From Mobula hypostoma (lineage: Eukaryota): a stretch of 64,000 nt of DNA. Shown here one piece after another: positions 10,901-23,309 of the stretch. A model generated the notes under the pieces. The model was not told the origin of the DNA, ran no database searches, and saw nothing but the letters and a program-made list of their open reading frames with translations. Position 1 is the first letter of the stretch, and every line of letters begins with the position of its first letter. The stretch is from NCBI RefSeq assembly GCF_963921235.1, contig NC_086101.1:7132001-7196000 (forward strand). The letters run 5' to 3'. The translations under genes were made by a program, and so were the position numbers.

Positions 10901-13900
10901 CCTTTTCAAAGGTTTTCTGAAAATCCAAGAGACAAGATCAACCAATTCTCCTTTGACTATCTTGCTTTTAATTTCTTCAAAGAATTCCAACAGCTTTGTC
11001 AGACAAGATTCGCTTGAGGAAACTATGCTGACTGTGGCCTATTTTATTATATGCCTACAAGTATTTTTCCCACCACTGAGGTCAGACTAATGGGCCTATA
11101 GTTTCCTTTCTTCTGCCTCTTTCCTGCTTGAAGAGTGGAGTGACATTTGCAATTGTCCAGTCTTCTGGAACCATTCCAGAATCTAGTGATTCTTGAAAAA
11201 CCATTACTAATGCCTCCACAATCTCTTCTGCCACGTCTTTCAGAACTCTGGGGTCTACAGCATCTGGTCCCGGTGACTTATCCACCTTCAGACCTTTCAG
11301 TTTCCCAAGAACCTTTTCTCTAGTAATGCTGACTTCTCACACTTCATCCCCGCTGGCACCTAGAACACCCACCGTACTGCTAGTGTCTTCCACAGTGAAG
11401 ACTGACACAAGATACCTATTCAGTTTGCTTGCTATTTCATTGCTCCCCCATTACTACCTCTCCAGCACTGTTTCTCAGCGGTCTGATATTGACTATTGAG
11501 GGATGGCCACGACACGACGACGATTCACTCTCACTTCTCTTTTGCAATTAATGTATCTGAAAAATACGTAAAGTACCTTAATGTCTTTTAATGAGATTTA
11601 GAGTATGTTAAAAGTTTAGCACCCTTATTGGGCTATATTTCATTTCTTACTGACGGCTTCACATTTTCAGGAATAGCAAGGACCATGAGGTACTGCCAGT
11701 GGTAGATGGTGCCCTGTCTATCAGAAAATTCGGATTCACCTTCTTCTTGGCTTGGAAAGAAATGTTTGACAACATCAATCCAGGTAAAACTCCTACTCTG
11801 TTGTGTATGCTGGATTTCATCTTGCAGTGCATAAGTAACATGAAAACTACTTCAATTTCTGTATTCTTATAGAATGCAGTTAAAACCAGCTTCAGTGCTT
11901 CTTTATATACCCAAGCATGGCTGGTACAGGAGTTACACAAAATGCTGGAGAGAGAGAGAGAGAAGGGGATAGGGGGACGTAGAGAAGGAAAGAGGAGGAG
12001 GAGGGGAAGGAAAATACTCCAGTGGTAAAACAGCATAACTGTGACTGACAGGGGAAGTCAAAGCGATTGTAAAAGGAAAAGAAAGTCAATACAACAACTA
12101 GTGGGATGATAGAAGTTTTTTAAAACCTTCAGAAAGCAACTAAAAAATCATTGGAAGGGAAAAGATGAAATATGGAAGCAAGCTAACAAATAATATCAAA
12201 GTGGATAGTAAAAACTTTTTCAGTATTTTAAAGATAAAAAAAAGAAATGAGAGTGGATATAGGACCACTAGAACACGAGGCAGGAGAAATAATAGGAAGA
12301 CACTAGCAGTATGCCTGATGTTGCAGTGTGTGAAGGAAGAGAAGTGGGTGCAGTTACTATTACAAGACAGGAGGTGCTCAAAAAGCTGAAAGACCTAAAG
12401 GTTCATTAGTCACCCGGCTCAGAGGAACCACACCCAAGGGTTCTGAAAGAGGTAGTGTTAGAGATTGTGGTGGCATTAGAAATAACCTTTAAAAAATCAT
12501 TGGACCCTGACATGGTGCCAGAGGACTAGAAAATTGCAAATGTCACTCACTCTTTAAGTAAGGAGGAAGGCAGCAGAAAGGAAATTATAGACCAGTTGGC
12601 CTAACCTCAGTGGTTGGGAAGATGTTAGAGTCATTTGTTAAGGATGAGGTGATGGAGTACATGGTGACACAGGACAAGATAGTACAAAGTCAGCATGGTT
12701 TCCTTTGGGGAAAATCCTGCCTGACAAACCTGTTGGATTTCATTGAGGAGATTACAAGTAGGATGGATAAAGGGGATACAGTGGATATTGTACACTTGGA
12801 CTTTCAGAAGACCTTTGACAAGGTGCCACACATGAAGCTGCTTACCAAGTTAGAGCCCGTGGTATTGCAGGAATGGTTAGTGCATTGGCTAATTGAAAGA
12901 AGGCAGTGAGTGGGAATAAAAGGGTCCTTGTCTGGTTGGCTGCCAGTGACTAGCGGTGTTCCACAAGGGTCGGTGTTGGGACCACTTCTTTTTATGCTAT
13001 ATACAAATGATTTAGATGATGGAATAGATGGCTTTGTTGCCAAGTTTTCAGATGATATGAAGTTTGGTGGAGGGGCAGGTAGTGTTGAGAAAACAGGTAG
13101 GATACAGAAGGACTTATAGACAGATTAGGAAAATGGGCAAGAAAGTGGCAAATGAAATACAATGCTGGAAAATGTATGGTCATGCACATTGGTAGTAGAA
13201 ATAAATGTGCGACCTATTTTCTAAACGGTGATATAATCCAGGAATCTGAGTTGCAGAGGGACTTGGGTTTCCTTGAGCAGAACACACTGAAGGTTAACTT
13301 GCAGGTTGAGTCAGTGGTGAGGAAGGCAAATGCCATGTTAGCATTCATTTCAAGAGGTCTAGAATACAAGAGCAGGGATGTGATGCTGAGGCTTTATAAG
13401 GCACTTCTGAGGCCTCACCTTGAGTATTGTGAACAGTTTTGGGCCCCTCATCTTAGAAAAGATGTGCTGGCATTGGAGAGAGTCCAGAGGAGGTTCACAA
13501 GGATGATTCCAGGAATGAAAGGATTATCATATGAGGAATGTTCGATGGCTCTGGGTCTGTACTCGCTGGAATTCAAAAGGATGATGGTGGTCTCATTGAA
13601 ACCTCTTGAATATTGAAAGGCCTAGACAGAGTAGATGTGGAACGGATGTTTCCCATAGTGGGAGAGTCCAGGACAAGAGGGCACAGCCTCAGGATAGAGG
13701 GGCTCCCTTTCAAAACAGAGATGTGGAGAAATTTCTTTAGCCAAAGGGTAGTGAATTTATGGAATCTGTTGGTTGCCACATGCAGCTGTGGAGGCCCAGT
13801 CGTTGGGTGTATTTAAGGCAGAGATTGATAGGTTCTTGATTGAATATGGCATCAAAGGTTATGGGGAGAAGGCAGGGAACTGGGGTTGAGGAGCAGATAA

Positions 13901-16900
13901 AAAAAAAAGGATCAGCCATGATTGAATCGTGGAGCAGACTCGAAGGGCCAGATATCCTAATTCTGCTCTTATGTCTTATGGTCTTATGGAGGGGATGCAA
14001 GGGGGAGCAGGAGGGGGAGAGAAGGAGGGAAGAAAGTGAGGCAGAAAGTGAAGGAGAGGGAGAGAGTGAAATGGAGAGTGAGATAGCGAGAGAGAGATAG
14101 AAAGAGAGGGAGCGAGAGAAGGAGAGAGTGAGACAAAGAGAGTGAAAGAGAGAGAGATGGACACAGAGGTGGGGAGAGAGAAAAGGGGAGGAGAATGTGT
14201 TTGAGAAAGAGGAAGGGAGTAAAGGAGAGGGAAAGAGGAGGAGGGTGAAGAGGGAGGGAGATGAGAGGGGAGAAGGAAGAGGAGAGGAGGAGGAAGGAGA
14301 AAGTGTGAAAGAAAGGGGGAGAGCAGAGAGAGCAAGACAGGAAGAGGGAGATAGGTAAATTGAGAGAGGTGGGGAGAGAGAAGGAGAAGCAGAAAGTGTG
14401 AGAGGAAGGGAATGGAGAGTGAGAGAGAGAGAGAAGACACAGTGAGGAGAGACAGAGAGAGAGATAGGAGGAGAGGGAGAGTGAGGAAGAGGGAGTAGGG
14501 TGAGGTAGGAGGAGGAGGATAGAAGGGGAGGGGAGAGAGTGAGTGAAGGAGAAGGAGAGAATGAAGGGGACAGCGAAGGGGAGGGAGAGGGAAAGAGAGA
14601 GGAGAGATGGAGGAAGAGAGAGCGAGACTATTGAATTGTCATGTCATGTGGATCCCTGTATTCATGAAGAACTGAGAAGCCGCATGCAGGTAAAATGAAT
14701 AGAGAGGCAGGGAGAATACGGCTGTCACAAGAGGTTTGAAGTTTTGAGGAGGGATACACTTGCTTTGCGGGCAGTTCAGAGAAGGTTCACTTATTTCTTT
14801 GGATGAAGGTTTGCCTTTGCAGGCAAGGTCGACCCTCTGCTTGCCAGTCTGCAAGAATTAAGAGGTGATGTTAATGAAACATAGAATATTCTGTGAAGAC
14901 TGCCTGATAGGCATTGGGAATGTATTTCTCCTCATGAGGGAGCTTACAATTAAAGATATGGTTACTGAATAATGTATCGTCCTTTGTCACGGAGATGAGA
15001 GCTAAATAAAACATATTATTATCAAATTATGTGTGTGCTACCAGATACTACCTAGAGATTAGTTTCCTTGCAGGCATTTACAGAAAAGTAAAGTGCAATT
15101 GAATTTATGAAAAAAAACGACACAGAAACAAAGACTGACAAACAACCAATGTGCAAAAGAATATAAATTGTACAAAAAAACAAAACTGGGAACATGAGTT
15201 TTGGAGTCTCTGAAAGTCAGCCTGTAGATTGTGTATCAACTCAGTGTTATGGTGAGTGAAGTTATCCACCCTGGTTCAGGAGTCTGATGGTTGAGGGATA
15301 ATAACTGTTCCTGAACCTGGTGATGCGAGGCCCAAGGCTCCGATACCCCTTGCCCGTTGGTGGTAGCATGGAGAGAGCATGGCCTGGATGGTTAGAGTCT
15401 TTGATACACAATGTTGCATCCATGTAAATATACTCAGTGGGGTTGGGGAGAGGGTTTTCCTTCTGGAGGGGCTAAAGCTTCCAAATTCTGCCAAGTTTGA
15501 AAAAGCTGCAGCGGGTTGCAAACTCAGCCAGCCCTGCCACGAGCACTAGCCTCCGCACCATTGAGGATCTCTTCAGAAGGCAACTCTTCAAGAAGGTGAC
15601 TTCCATCATCAATGACCCCCCGCCTCCCAGGACATGACTTCTTATCATTACCTCCATCAAGGAGGAGTTACAGGAGCCTGAAGACACACATTTTACCTCT
15701 CGGGAGCAGCTTCTTCCCCTCCGCCATCAGATTTCTAAAAGGTCCATGAACACTATTTTGCTCCTTTTTAGCTCTATTTTTTTTGGTTTATTTTTTATTT
15801 AATCCCTATTGTGACTTATAATTCTATTATGCATTGCACAGTACTGCGGCCACAAAATGGCAAATGCTAGTGATAACGAATCTGACTGTGATTCCTTCAC
15901 CGGGTAGCTATGGAAACCGAATCATTGAATGTATTCCAGGCAGGGGAATAGTTCACAGGAGTTAACAGTAATGGGGATCAGGCGGGAGAACCAATAGAAT
16001 ACTTTACTGACGGGCAGAACACGTGAGCTCAGATAGATGAATAACTCTTTGTTCTCGCAGTTTCTGTACCCTCAGAGAGAATAAGGACCTTGTTTCCTTT
16101 GAAAAACTGGTTCCTCTTGTTCTACCACATACCTTTGCTTTCATCTGGAGACTTTTAATCCTTAATATTGCTGCAATCTTTCTTGTTTACTGCATTTTAT
16201 GCTTCATATCACTGAATTTATGAACTTTGACCCTGCCATTGAAACCTGGGCACAGATTCAAGATTGCTTAATCCCATTTGAGTGTAAAGAAAACAATATA
16301 CTTGTTGCTCTGGGTCCGACGCTGAGCAAAAAAAAAAGAGATAAAAGACACAATCATATTTTTTTTAAAAAAAGTACATGGATGGTAGGGGTATGGAGGG
16401 CTATGGTCCCAGCAGGCAGTTTAAATAGTTTGGCAAGGACTAGACGGGCAGAAGGGCTGTTTTCTGTGCTGTACTTTTCTAGGTCTCTACGACTCTAAAA
16501 CACAATAAATAAAAAGACATAAAAGAACGTGCACATACATCGACCGTATGTCCATAAAGTGACACTAGCCTGTACATAAGGTGACTGATGGGAATAATAA
16601 AGTATTGGTGGAGGTTTTAATCAGTCGTACCGTTGTTTTTGAGTCTGGTGGTCCTGGTGTGGATGCTACGTAGCCTCCTCCCTGACAAAAGTGGGACAAA
16701 CAGTCCATGAGCAGAGTGAGTGGGATCCTTCATGATGTAACTGGCTCTTTTCCAGCACCTTTCTGTATAAGTGTCCTTGATGGTGGGCAGGCTGGTGCTA
16801 GTGATTCCTTGGGCGGTTTTGACTACCCATTGTAGAGTTTGGAAATGCCACTGGGAAACCACTGCCTTCCCAGTCATCTGCTGTATCCAGTGCTCCCAGT

Positions 16901-18952
16901 GAGGCCCGATGTAAATTGGGCACTGCCCCAGTGAACGCCTTCACTGCATCCGCCACTAAAGGTGAGATTTCCCAGTCGCTACCCACTTCAATTCAGCTTC
17001 TCATTCCCATTCTGACATGTCTGTCCATGGCCTCCTCTGCTACTGCGATGAGGCTAAACTCAGGTTGGAGGAGCTACATCCCATATTCTGTCTGGGTAGC
17101 CTTCAACCTGACGGCATGAGCAGCGATTTTTCTAACTTCCAATAGTTCTCCCCCCGCCCCCCCCCCACTGTATATCCATTCCCCGTTCTGGTTACTGTAT
17201 TACCCTTTTCTTTCTCCTCCCCCTCCCCCACCCACCACCTCCCTCTGGTGCCCCTTCTGCTTGCCTTTCTTCAAATAGTTCACTGTCCTCTCCTATTCCT
17301 TGTCAACCCTTTACCTCTCCCACCTATTCCCCTCCCAGCCTCTTCATTCCACCTCACCTGATCTCACCTATCACCTGCCAGCTTGTGTTCTCCCTCCAGT
17401 GGATCAGGTGATAGGTGAGGGGGAAGGTGGGTGGGTGGGAGAGGAGGGAGGAGGTAAGTCATCTGGGTAAGCCTACCTTGAATAAGCTTAACTTTTCTCC
17501 TTGATGGGAGCTCAGTGAGACTCTCTCTCGCTGCCTCCTCCCCCCCCCCGCCTGTGCTTTGTTGCTCCTCTCTGCCTCTTTCATCACTTGCTCTCCCAGA
17601 CTCGCCTCACATCATCCCACCTCCACCTCTCCCTCTCCCTGCCCCACCTGGCTTTACCCATCACCTTCCAGCTTGAGCTCCCCATCCTCCCCCACCTTCT
17701 TTTGCTGTCTTCCTCCACCTTCCCTTCCGGGCCTCATGAAGAGTCTCAGCCCGAAACCTCCCCACCATAGATGTCGTCTGACCTGCCGAGATCCTCCAGT
17801 GTTTCGCGTGTTTCTTATTTGAGTGGCTCCTTCCCCCGATAATGGCTCAGTTTATTTGAGGTAACAAACATACCTTTGACTATATGGCCTTAGTATTATC
17901 CTAGATACTCAAATGATCTTACTCACTGTCATGACTGTTAATTCATAGCAGATGTGACGATTATGCATTCGTATAGGAGTCTGTTTCTTCACTGCAACAT
18001 ATTTAGAGACTGTGGGCAGCAGGTACAGAAGCCTTATGTCGTCCACAGCCAGGTTCAAGGACAGGTATTATCCAAAGCCATCATGCTCCTGGTATGTAAT
18101 TATATACTGTGTGCGTATATATGAATATGTGCATATGTATGCATATATGTATTCTTTTGCACATTGCTTGCATGCTAGTCTTTGTTAATGTATAGTTTCT
18201 CAGAAATTCTATTGTATTTCTTTATTTTACTGTAAATGCCTGCAAGGAAATGATGACATACTATACATACATTGACATGACTTTGACTTTGACATGAGTG
18301 TGGATACCATTGATTTGCTTGTCTCCTGGCCAATTTACTGACCAATGCTCGGGAGGCATTGACCTATGGACCAGGGGACTCCCTTCAGCAACCCCCCAAA
18401 CCACCCAACCAAAGACTGTCTAATTCTCTGCTTCTTCCCGCAGTTGCTGTGGCCCTAGATGTGGAAACAGCCAATAGGCTACTCGAAGTGTCTAATGACT
18501 TGAAGGGCGTGAGGTGGACCAGGAAACAAAAGAGAGTCGCTGACACTTGGAAGAGGTTCACAGTCTGGCCATGTGTGCTGGGATCAGAGGGATTCACATC
18601 AGGGGGAAATTACTGGGAGGTAGATGTGACAGGGAATCAGGGCTGGGGTCTGGGAGTTGTCAAAGAGTCTGTGGAGAGGAAGAAACGGGTTGACATGATG
18701 CCAGAGAATGGATTCTGGATCATCCAGAGAACGGGTGATGGGCTTGGTGTTCTCACCTCCCCCCCAACCGCTCTCCCGGCCGGTCCCATCCCCGGGAAGG
18801 TGGGAGTTTATCTCAACTATGAGTCCGGGACAGTTTCATTTTACAACTTGGACTCCAAGTCCCATCTGCACATCTTCACCGGGAATAAATTCACAGAGAA
18901 ACTTTATCCTTTCTTCTGGACTTTGGATGAAACCAGCTGGTTGAAAATCTGA
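4866..18952 (+). CDS. TRIM-1, 5'-partial class IV TRIM: join(4866..4961,5042..5275,8954..8976,11671..11783,18444..18952); RING/B-box exon not in window
   Basis: Same exon sizes and phases as the two complete paralogs (96/234/23/113/509 nt); open frame of 324 codons ending in a complete PRY/SPRY domain. Confidence 0.88.
5042..5275 (+). CDS. TRIM-1 exon 3 (234 nt, coiled coil)
   Basis: TTTCTAG acceptor, GTGGGG donor; VQSRSLQDYVTSEFDSMHQFL...LFLK. Confidence 0.9.
6773..7711 (-). mobile_element. Probable solo LTR
   Basis: TGT...ACA termini, imperfect 4-bp TSD CTAT/CTAA, AATAAA on the minus strand near 6855; no coding remnant. Confidence 0.55.
7825..8535 (+). mobile_element. Degraded CR1 LINE 3' fragment
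   Basis: [24 protein letters not shown] remnants and a TTCTATG tail. Confidence 0.8.
8954..8976 (+). CDS. TRIM-1 exon 4 (23-nt micro-exon, KEIHYMNR)
   Basis: TTTTTGTTTTCAG acceptor, GTAAGA donor; same size and phase as 37699 and 58981. Confidence 0.85.
9745..11500 (-). mobile_element. CR1 LINE fragment (RT region to 3' tail)
   Basis: ORF remnants KSPGPD..PRVLK, YKALVRPHLE, MKYNV.KC.VMHFG. Confidence 0.9.
10165..10220 (-). mobile_element. 56-bp Penelope-like terminal fragment inserted in CR1
   Basis: Exact 12-bp TSD TAATTTCCGTGA (10153-10164, 10221-10232); matches the 3' end of the element at 36279-36731. Confidence 0.8.
11671..11783 (+). CDS. TRIM-1 exon 5 (113 nt linker, NSKDHEVLPVVDGALSIRKF...DNINP)
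   Basis: TTTTCAG acceptor, GTAAAA donor, phase 2 to 1 as in the paralogs. Confidence 0.87.
12030..13990 (+). mobile_element. CR1 LINE, 5'-truncated and degraded
   Basis: [37 protein letters not shown] motifs; (TCTTATG) tail. Confidence 0.92.
13990..14628. repeat. GA-rich polypurine low-complexity tract
   Basis: About 640 bp almost entirely G/A on the + strand. Confidence 0.92.
15010..15895. mobile_element. Two Rex1/L2-type LINE 3' fragments in opposite orientation
   Basis: [13 protein letters not shown] motif on minus (~15290-15330); ..[10 protein letters not shown] on plus (~15705-15740). Confidence 0.6.
16520..16840 (-). mobile_element. Rex1/L2-type LINE 3' fragment
   Basis: LQWVVKTAQGIT..IMKDPTHSAHGLF..SGRRLRSI.TRTTRLKN. 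Confidence 0.75.
16900..17822 (+). mobile_element. Degraded Penelope-like element 3' region(s)
   Basis: Matches the post-GIY-YIG region of 33776-34090, followed by a pyrimidine-rich tract and a decayed terminal motif at ~17730. Confidence 0.65.
18444..18952 (+). CDS. TRIM-1 exon 6, PRY/SPRY (B30.2) domain
   Basis: [54 protein letters not shown] motifs; CCGCAG acceptor. Confidence 0.95.
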
Positions 18953-18969
18953 AATTAAACATATTCAGC

Positions 18970-19090
18970 AGCAAGGCACACAAAATGCTGGAGGAACCTT
19001 GCAGGTCAGGCAGCACCTGTGGGGAGGGAGGGGAGGTGAGGAATAAAGTGTCAATGTTTCGGGCCGACACCCGTCATCAGGACTGTACTG
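18970..19090 (-). mobile_element. Penelope-like terminal fragment with a hammerhead-like core
   Basis: Minus strand reads CAGTC-CTGATGA-CGGGTGTCGGCCC-GAAAC-ATT-GAC. Confidence 0.7.
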
Positions 19091-19279
19091 ACTGCAGGGA
19101 GGTTGTACATTTTCCCTGTGGCCACCTGGGGTCCCCTGAAAACAGCTCCTTTGGCTCACTGGTCCATGCCAAATTCAGTTTGTTTTTAATGGTCTCTAAC
19201 CCATCCGATCTGAGATATCAGAGCCAAGCTTATCATCACTAACATACATCATGAAGTTTGCTGTTTTGTAGCAGCAGTA

Positions 19280-20135
19280 CAGAATCAGAATCAGGTTTAT
19301 TATCACTGGCATGTGACGTGAAATTTGTTAACTTAGCAGCAACAGTTCAATGCAATACATAATCTAGCAGAGAGAGAGAAAAAAATAATAAATAAAATAA
19401 AACATAATAATAAACAAGTAAATCAATTACATATATTGAAGAGATTTTTAAAAATGTGCAAAAACAGAAATAATGTATATTTTAAAAAGTGAGGTAGTGT
19501 CCAAAGCTTCAATGTCCATTTAGGAATCGGATGGCAGAGGGGAAGAAGCTGTTACTGAATCACTGAGTGTGTGCCTTCAGGCTTCTGTACCACCTACCTG
19601 ATGGTAACAGTGAGAAAAGGGCATGCCCTGGGTGCTGGAGGTCCTTAATAAGGGACACCGCCTTTCTGAGACACTGCTCCCTGAAGATGTCCTGGGTACC
19701 TTGTAAGCTTGAACCCAAGCAGAGCTGACTGGATTTACAACCTTCTGCAACTTCCTCCGGTCCTGTGCAATAGCCCCTCCGTACCAGACAGTGATGCAGC
19801 CTGTCAGAATGCTCTCCATGGTACAACTACAGAAGTTTTTGTGTGTATTGATTGACATACCAAATCTCTTCAAACCCCTAATAAAGTATAGCCGCTGTCT
19901 TGCCTTCTTTATGACTACATCAATATGTTGGGACCAGGTTAGATCCTCAGAGATCTTGACACCCAGGAACTTGAATCCGCTCACTCTCTCCACTTCTGAT
20001 CCCTCTATGAGAATTGGTATGTATTCCTTCGTTTTACCCTTCCTGAAGTCCACAGTCAGCTCTTTCCCCTTACTGCCAGGTTGTTGCTGCGGCACCATTC
20101 CACCAGTTGGCGTATCTCACTCCTGTACACCCCCT
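19280..20135 (-). mobile_element. Rex1/Babar-like LINE 3' part
   Basis: [46 protein letters not shown]; (ATTCTG)n tail. Confidence 0.85.
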
Positions 20136-21294
20136 CGTCACCACCCTTATGGTAGTGATGGCAGAGGGTCCAAAGCTGTTGCTAAGGTGTTGAGTGTGTG
20201 TCTTCAGGCTCCTGTACCTCCTCCCTGCTGGCAGATGACGCAGATTTCCACAGATGCTACCTGACTGAGTTAATTGTTCCAGCACTTTCCATTTACTATT
20301 TCCATACCACGTTGGCCTAGCGATTTTTTTTTTGGATTTCTATTCATATAGCTTGAATCTGTCTGGCAGGACCCAGCACTTTACTGTTAGCTTTGACCAC
20401 TGTAAATTGCCCACAGGTGTGTGCTAAGCAGGTCAGTTGGGAGTCGATGCCTATGAGAATGAGAGGAAAGAGTTGGAGGTGAAACGTGGGGACGTGGGAC
20501 TGGTGGGATGCTGTGAGAGGTGGCCTGTACACACAAAAAAAGTTATTGCTTAATCTATCTAATTTTGATAATACAATTGAATTACTTGATTTCTTAATCC
20601 AGAATAAACTGTGTAAATAAACTTCTCATTCTTACATTTGTAGACAATGTTTTAATATTAAATTGCATCAAACCAATAGGATTAAGCGCCAGTTCACATT
20701 TAATTGTCATTCAACCAGACACACGAACACAGCCAAACAAAACAAGGTTCCTGTAGAGCACAGCACACATGGTTATGTTAGCAAAAGTGTACAGTCACCA
20801 AAAAGAATATAGCCCAAGTCTCTGGGAGGCATGGCCTGAGTGTATAAAGGTCTTTTTGTTCCCACTCATGTGGCCCCTGAGGTGGTCAATAATTGGGGGG
20901 GTCTTCCAGTCCCAAGCTGGCCCCTCCCTCTTCTGTAGTGGAAGAACCTTGTTCAGCACAGCATCGTGGGCATTGGGTTTTCTATGTGTACCCGAGCCTT
21001 TGAGGTGGCTGCTCCGAGCTTCAGTGCCTCCCTCAGCACGTCCTCCTGTGGTGTTCCGCAGTCCTCCACGGACATCTCGATGTGCTGGCAGAGCTAAGGC
21101 TATTTTTCCTCTTTTTTTTGGAACAAAATACACTTTATTGATGATAAAAGTATTTACAAGATTAAAGCACTCAATGCCCTTTCGTCCTTCACAGGGCTGT
21201 ACACGGTCAATGATCTCCGTACAGCTCTTCTTGTTTTAGTGGGGTGGGCCCTTTGAGCAGTACCGTCCCAGCATCCCGGACCCCAACAACACGT

Positions 21295-21490
21295 TTAGCT
21301 CTAACCTAATCACAGAGCACTTTACAGTGGCCAATTAACCTATCCGGTACGGCGTTGAACTGTGGGAAGAAACCAGAGCACAAGGGGAAGACTCACGCAT
21401 TCCATGGGGTGTACGTACAGTCTCCTTACAGAGGACGCCAGGGTTCAACTCCAAACTCTGACGTCCTGAGATAACTGCTACGCTACCAGG
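21295..21490 (-). mobile_element. V-domain SINE
   Basis: Reverse complement shows a tRNA-like head and CTGTAAGGAGACTGTACGT..CCCCATGG. Confidence 0.7.
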
Positions 21491-21509
21491 GTGCCCAAAT
21501 AGATGCCAC

Positions 21510-21835
21510 CATCATTCATACAATTTAACAGCTCTGCTGCCACTCATGTGCCACCCTGGGGTGGTATACTAACTCCTACAATAACTGGAAGGCTACCTCT
21601 CCCCACACCCAGCCCCGCCCTCTCGAGTAGGAGACGAACCCTACATTGTGGTCCTTCCCCACTGAACTTCAGTGTGTCCCTCAGCATGTATTCCCGCAGC
21701 CTGCAATGTGCCAGTTGGCTGCTTTCCTCCACAGATATCTTGGTGTGCTCGCGAGACCAACAAGTTTCGTCTGACCAAAGAACGTCTTTCACTGATCTGA
21801 AGATCTGCCAGCAGCACCTGATGTTTGTCCCACTT
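21510..21835 (-). mobile_element. Tx1-like LINE 3' fragment
   Basis: [15 protein letters not shown]...LAHCRLREYMLRD, same family as 34107-36014. Confidence 0.75.
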
Positions 21836-22189
21836 TTAACATTGTAATTCCCCCCTTTCACTGGCAAGTCGACATGAAGAAGCATGGTTAAATGCCAAGT
21901 TCAGTTTGAGAGTGAGATATCTGGGGCTGAAGCCAGTGTATCAAATTTAAATTGAACAGGTTACAATTGTGTGAGCATAGAGTTGGCTGAAATGGATGAG
22001 GAAGATATATTACAGGCAAAGGTTGGGTAATAGCAATGGAAGATACTTAAAGAGGCTTTTCATAAATCTTTGCATTAAGTTAAGAAAGCCTCTCTAATTC
22101 TTCAATTCATGATGGATTTAGTTAAAAACAGAGAGCTAATGAAAACATTTAGAGCTTCTGCAGGGTAATGAAAAACCATCCCAATTCCA

Positions 22190-23100
22190 TAACCCACACC
22201 TGTTATGGAAACACCAATGCCTCAGAGTGGAAAACCGCACAAAATGTGATGGATATATTGTCCTAGGTAAAGCCCTCCCCACCATTGAGAACAGCCACAA
22301 GAAAGAAGCATCCATCATTAAATACTCAACTGCATTGTGTTCTCTTTCCGCTGCTGCCTTCAGAAAGTGCGACAGGAGCTTTAGGCCCCACACCACCAGG
22401 TTCAGGAACAGTTATTACCCCTCAACCATCAGGTCCCACACCACCAGGTTCAGGAACAGTTATTACCCCTCAACCATCAGGTCCCACACCACCAGGTTCA
22501 GGGAAAGTTATTACCCCTCAGCCAACAAGTCCCAGACCAGCAGGTTCAGGAACAGTTATTCCCCTACAACCATCAGGTCCGACGCCACCAGGTTTTAAGA
22601 ACAGTCATTACCCTACAACCATCAGGTCCCACACTACCAGGTTCAGAAACAGTTATTACTGCTCAACCGTCAGGCTACACACCACTAGGTTCAGGAACAG
22701 TTATTACCCCTCAACCATCAGGTCCCACACCAGCAGGTTCAGGGACAGTTACTACCCCTCAACCATCAGGTCCCACACCACCAGGTTGAGGAACAGTTAT
22801 TACCCCTGAACCGTCAGGCTCCTGAACCAGAGTCGATAACTTTACTCACTTCAACACTAAACTGATTCTGGAAACTCACTTTCAAGAACCCTTTAGAACT
22901 CACGGTCTCAATAGAATTTCTTTTATTTGTGAAATTGATCTTCTTTTGCACGTTGGTTACTGTTCAGTGCTTTTAATGCATAGTCTTTTGTAAATTCTTT
23001 CATACTTTATTTACTTGTAAAAACCCGCAAGAAAATGAATCTCAAAACTGTACTGTAAATAGTAACATACATGCACTTTGATAATAATTTTACTTTGATT
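22190..23100 (+). mobile_element. Rex1/L2-type LINE 3' fragment containing an internal tandem array
   Basis: [22 protein letters not shown] motif followed by the typical 3' UTR. Confidence 0.7.
22383..22820. repeat. 48-bp tandem repeat, ~9 copies (AGGTCCCACACCACCAGGTTCAGGAACAGTTATTACCCCTCAACCATC)
   Basis: Direct tandem repetition without spacers. Confidence 0.95.
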
Positions 23101-23309
23101 TTCAACATGTCCACATTATCAGCAAGTCCTGTCCTTCACACTCAGTATTTATTTGTTGTATGCACCTTATCACTGCCCAGTCCATCACGGGTAAAGCCCT
23201 TGCCACCACCGAACAGGGAGCTGTGATGTTACTTGGATTTATTGAGTATGTCTGGAAGAAAACAAATCTCAGAGTTGTATGTGGTGATTATATATGTAGT
23301 TTAGACTAA

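Noticed and set aside
13976..14440. Leu/Ser/Pro-rich membrane protein ORF
   Set aside because: Translation of a low-complexity purine/pyrimidine tract.
22227..22809. Pro/Thr/Gly-rich repeat protein ORFs
   Set aside because: Translations of the 48-bp LINE-derived tandem repeat.
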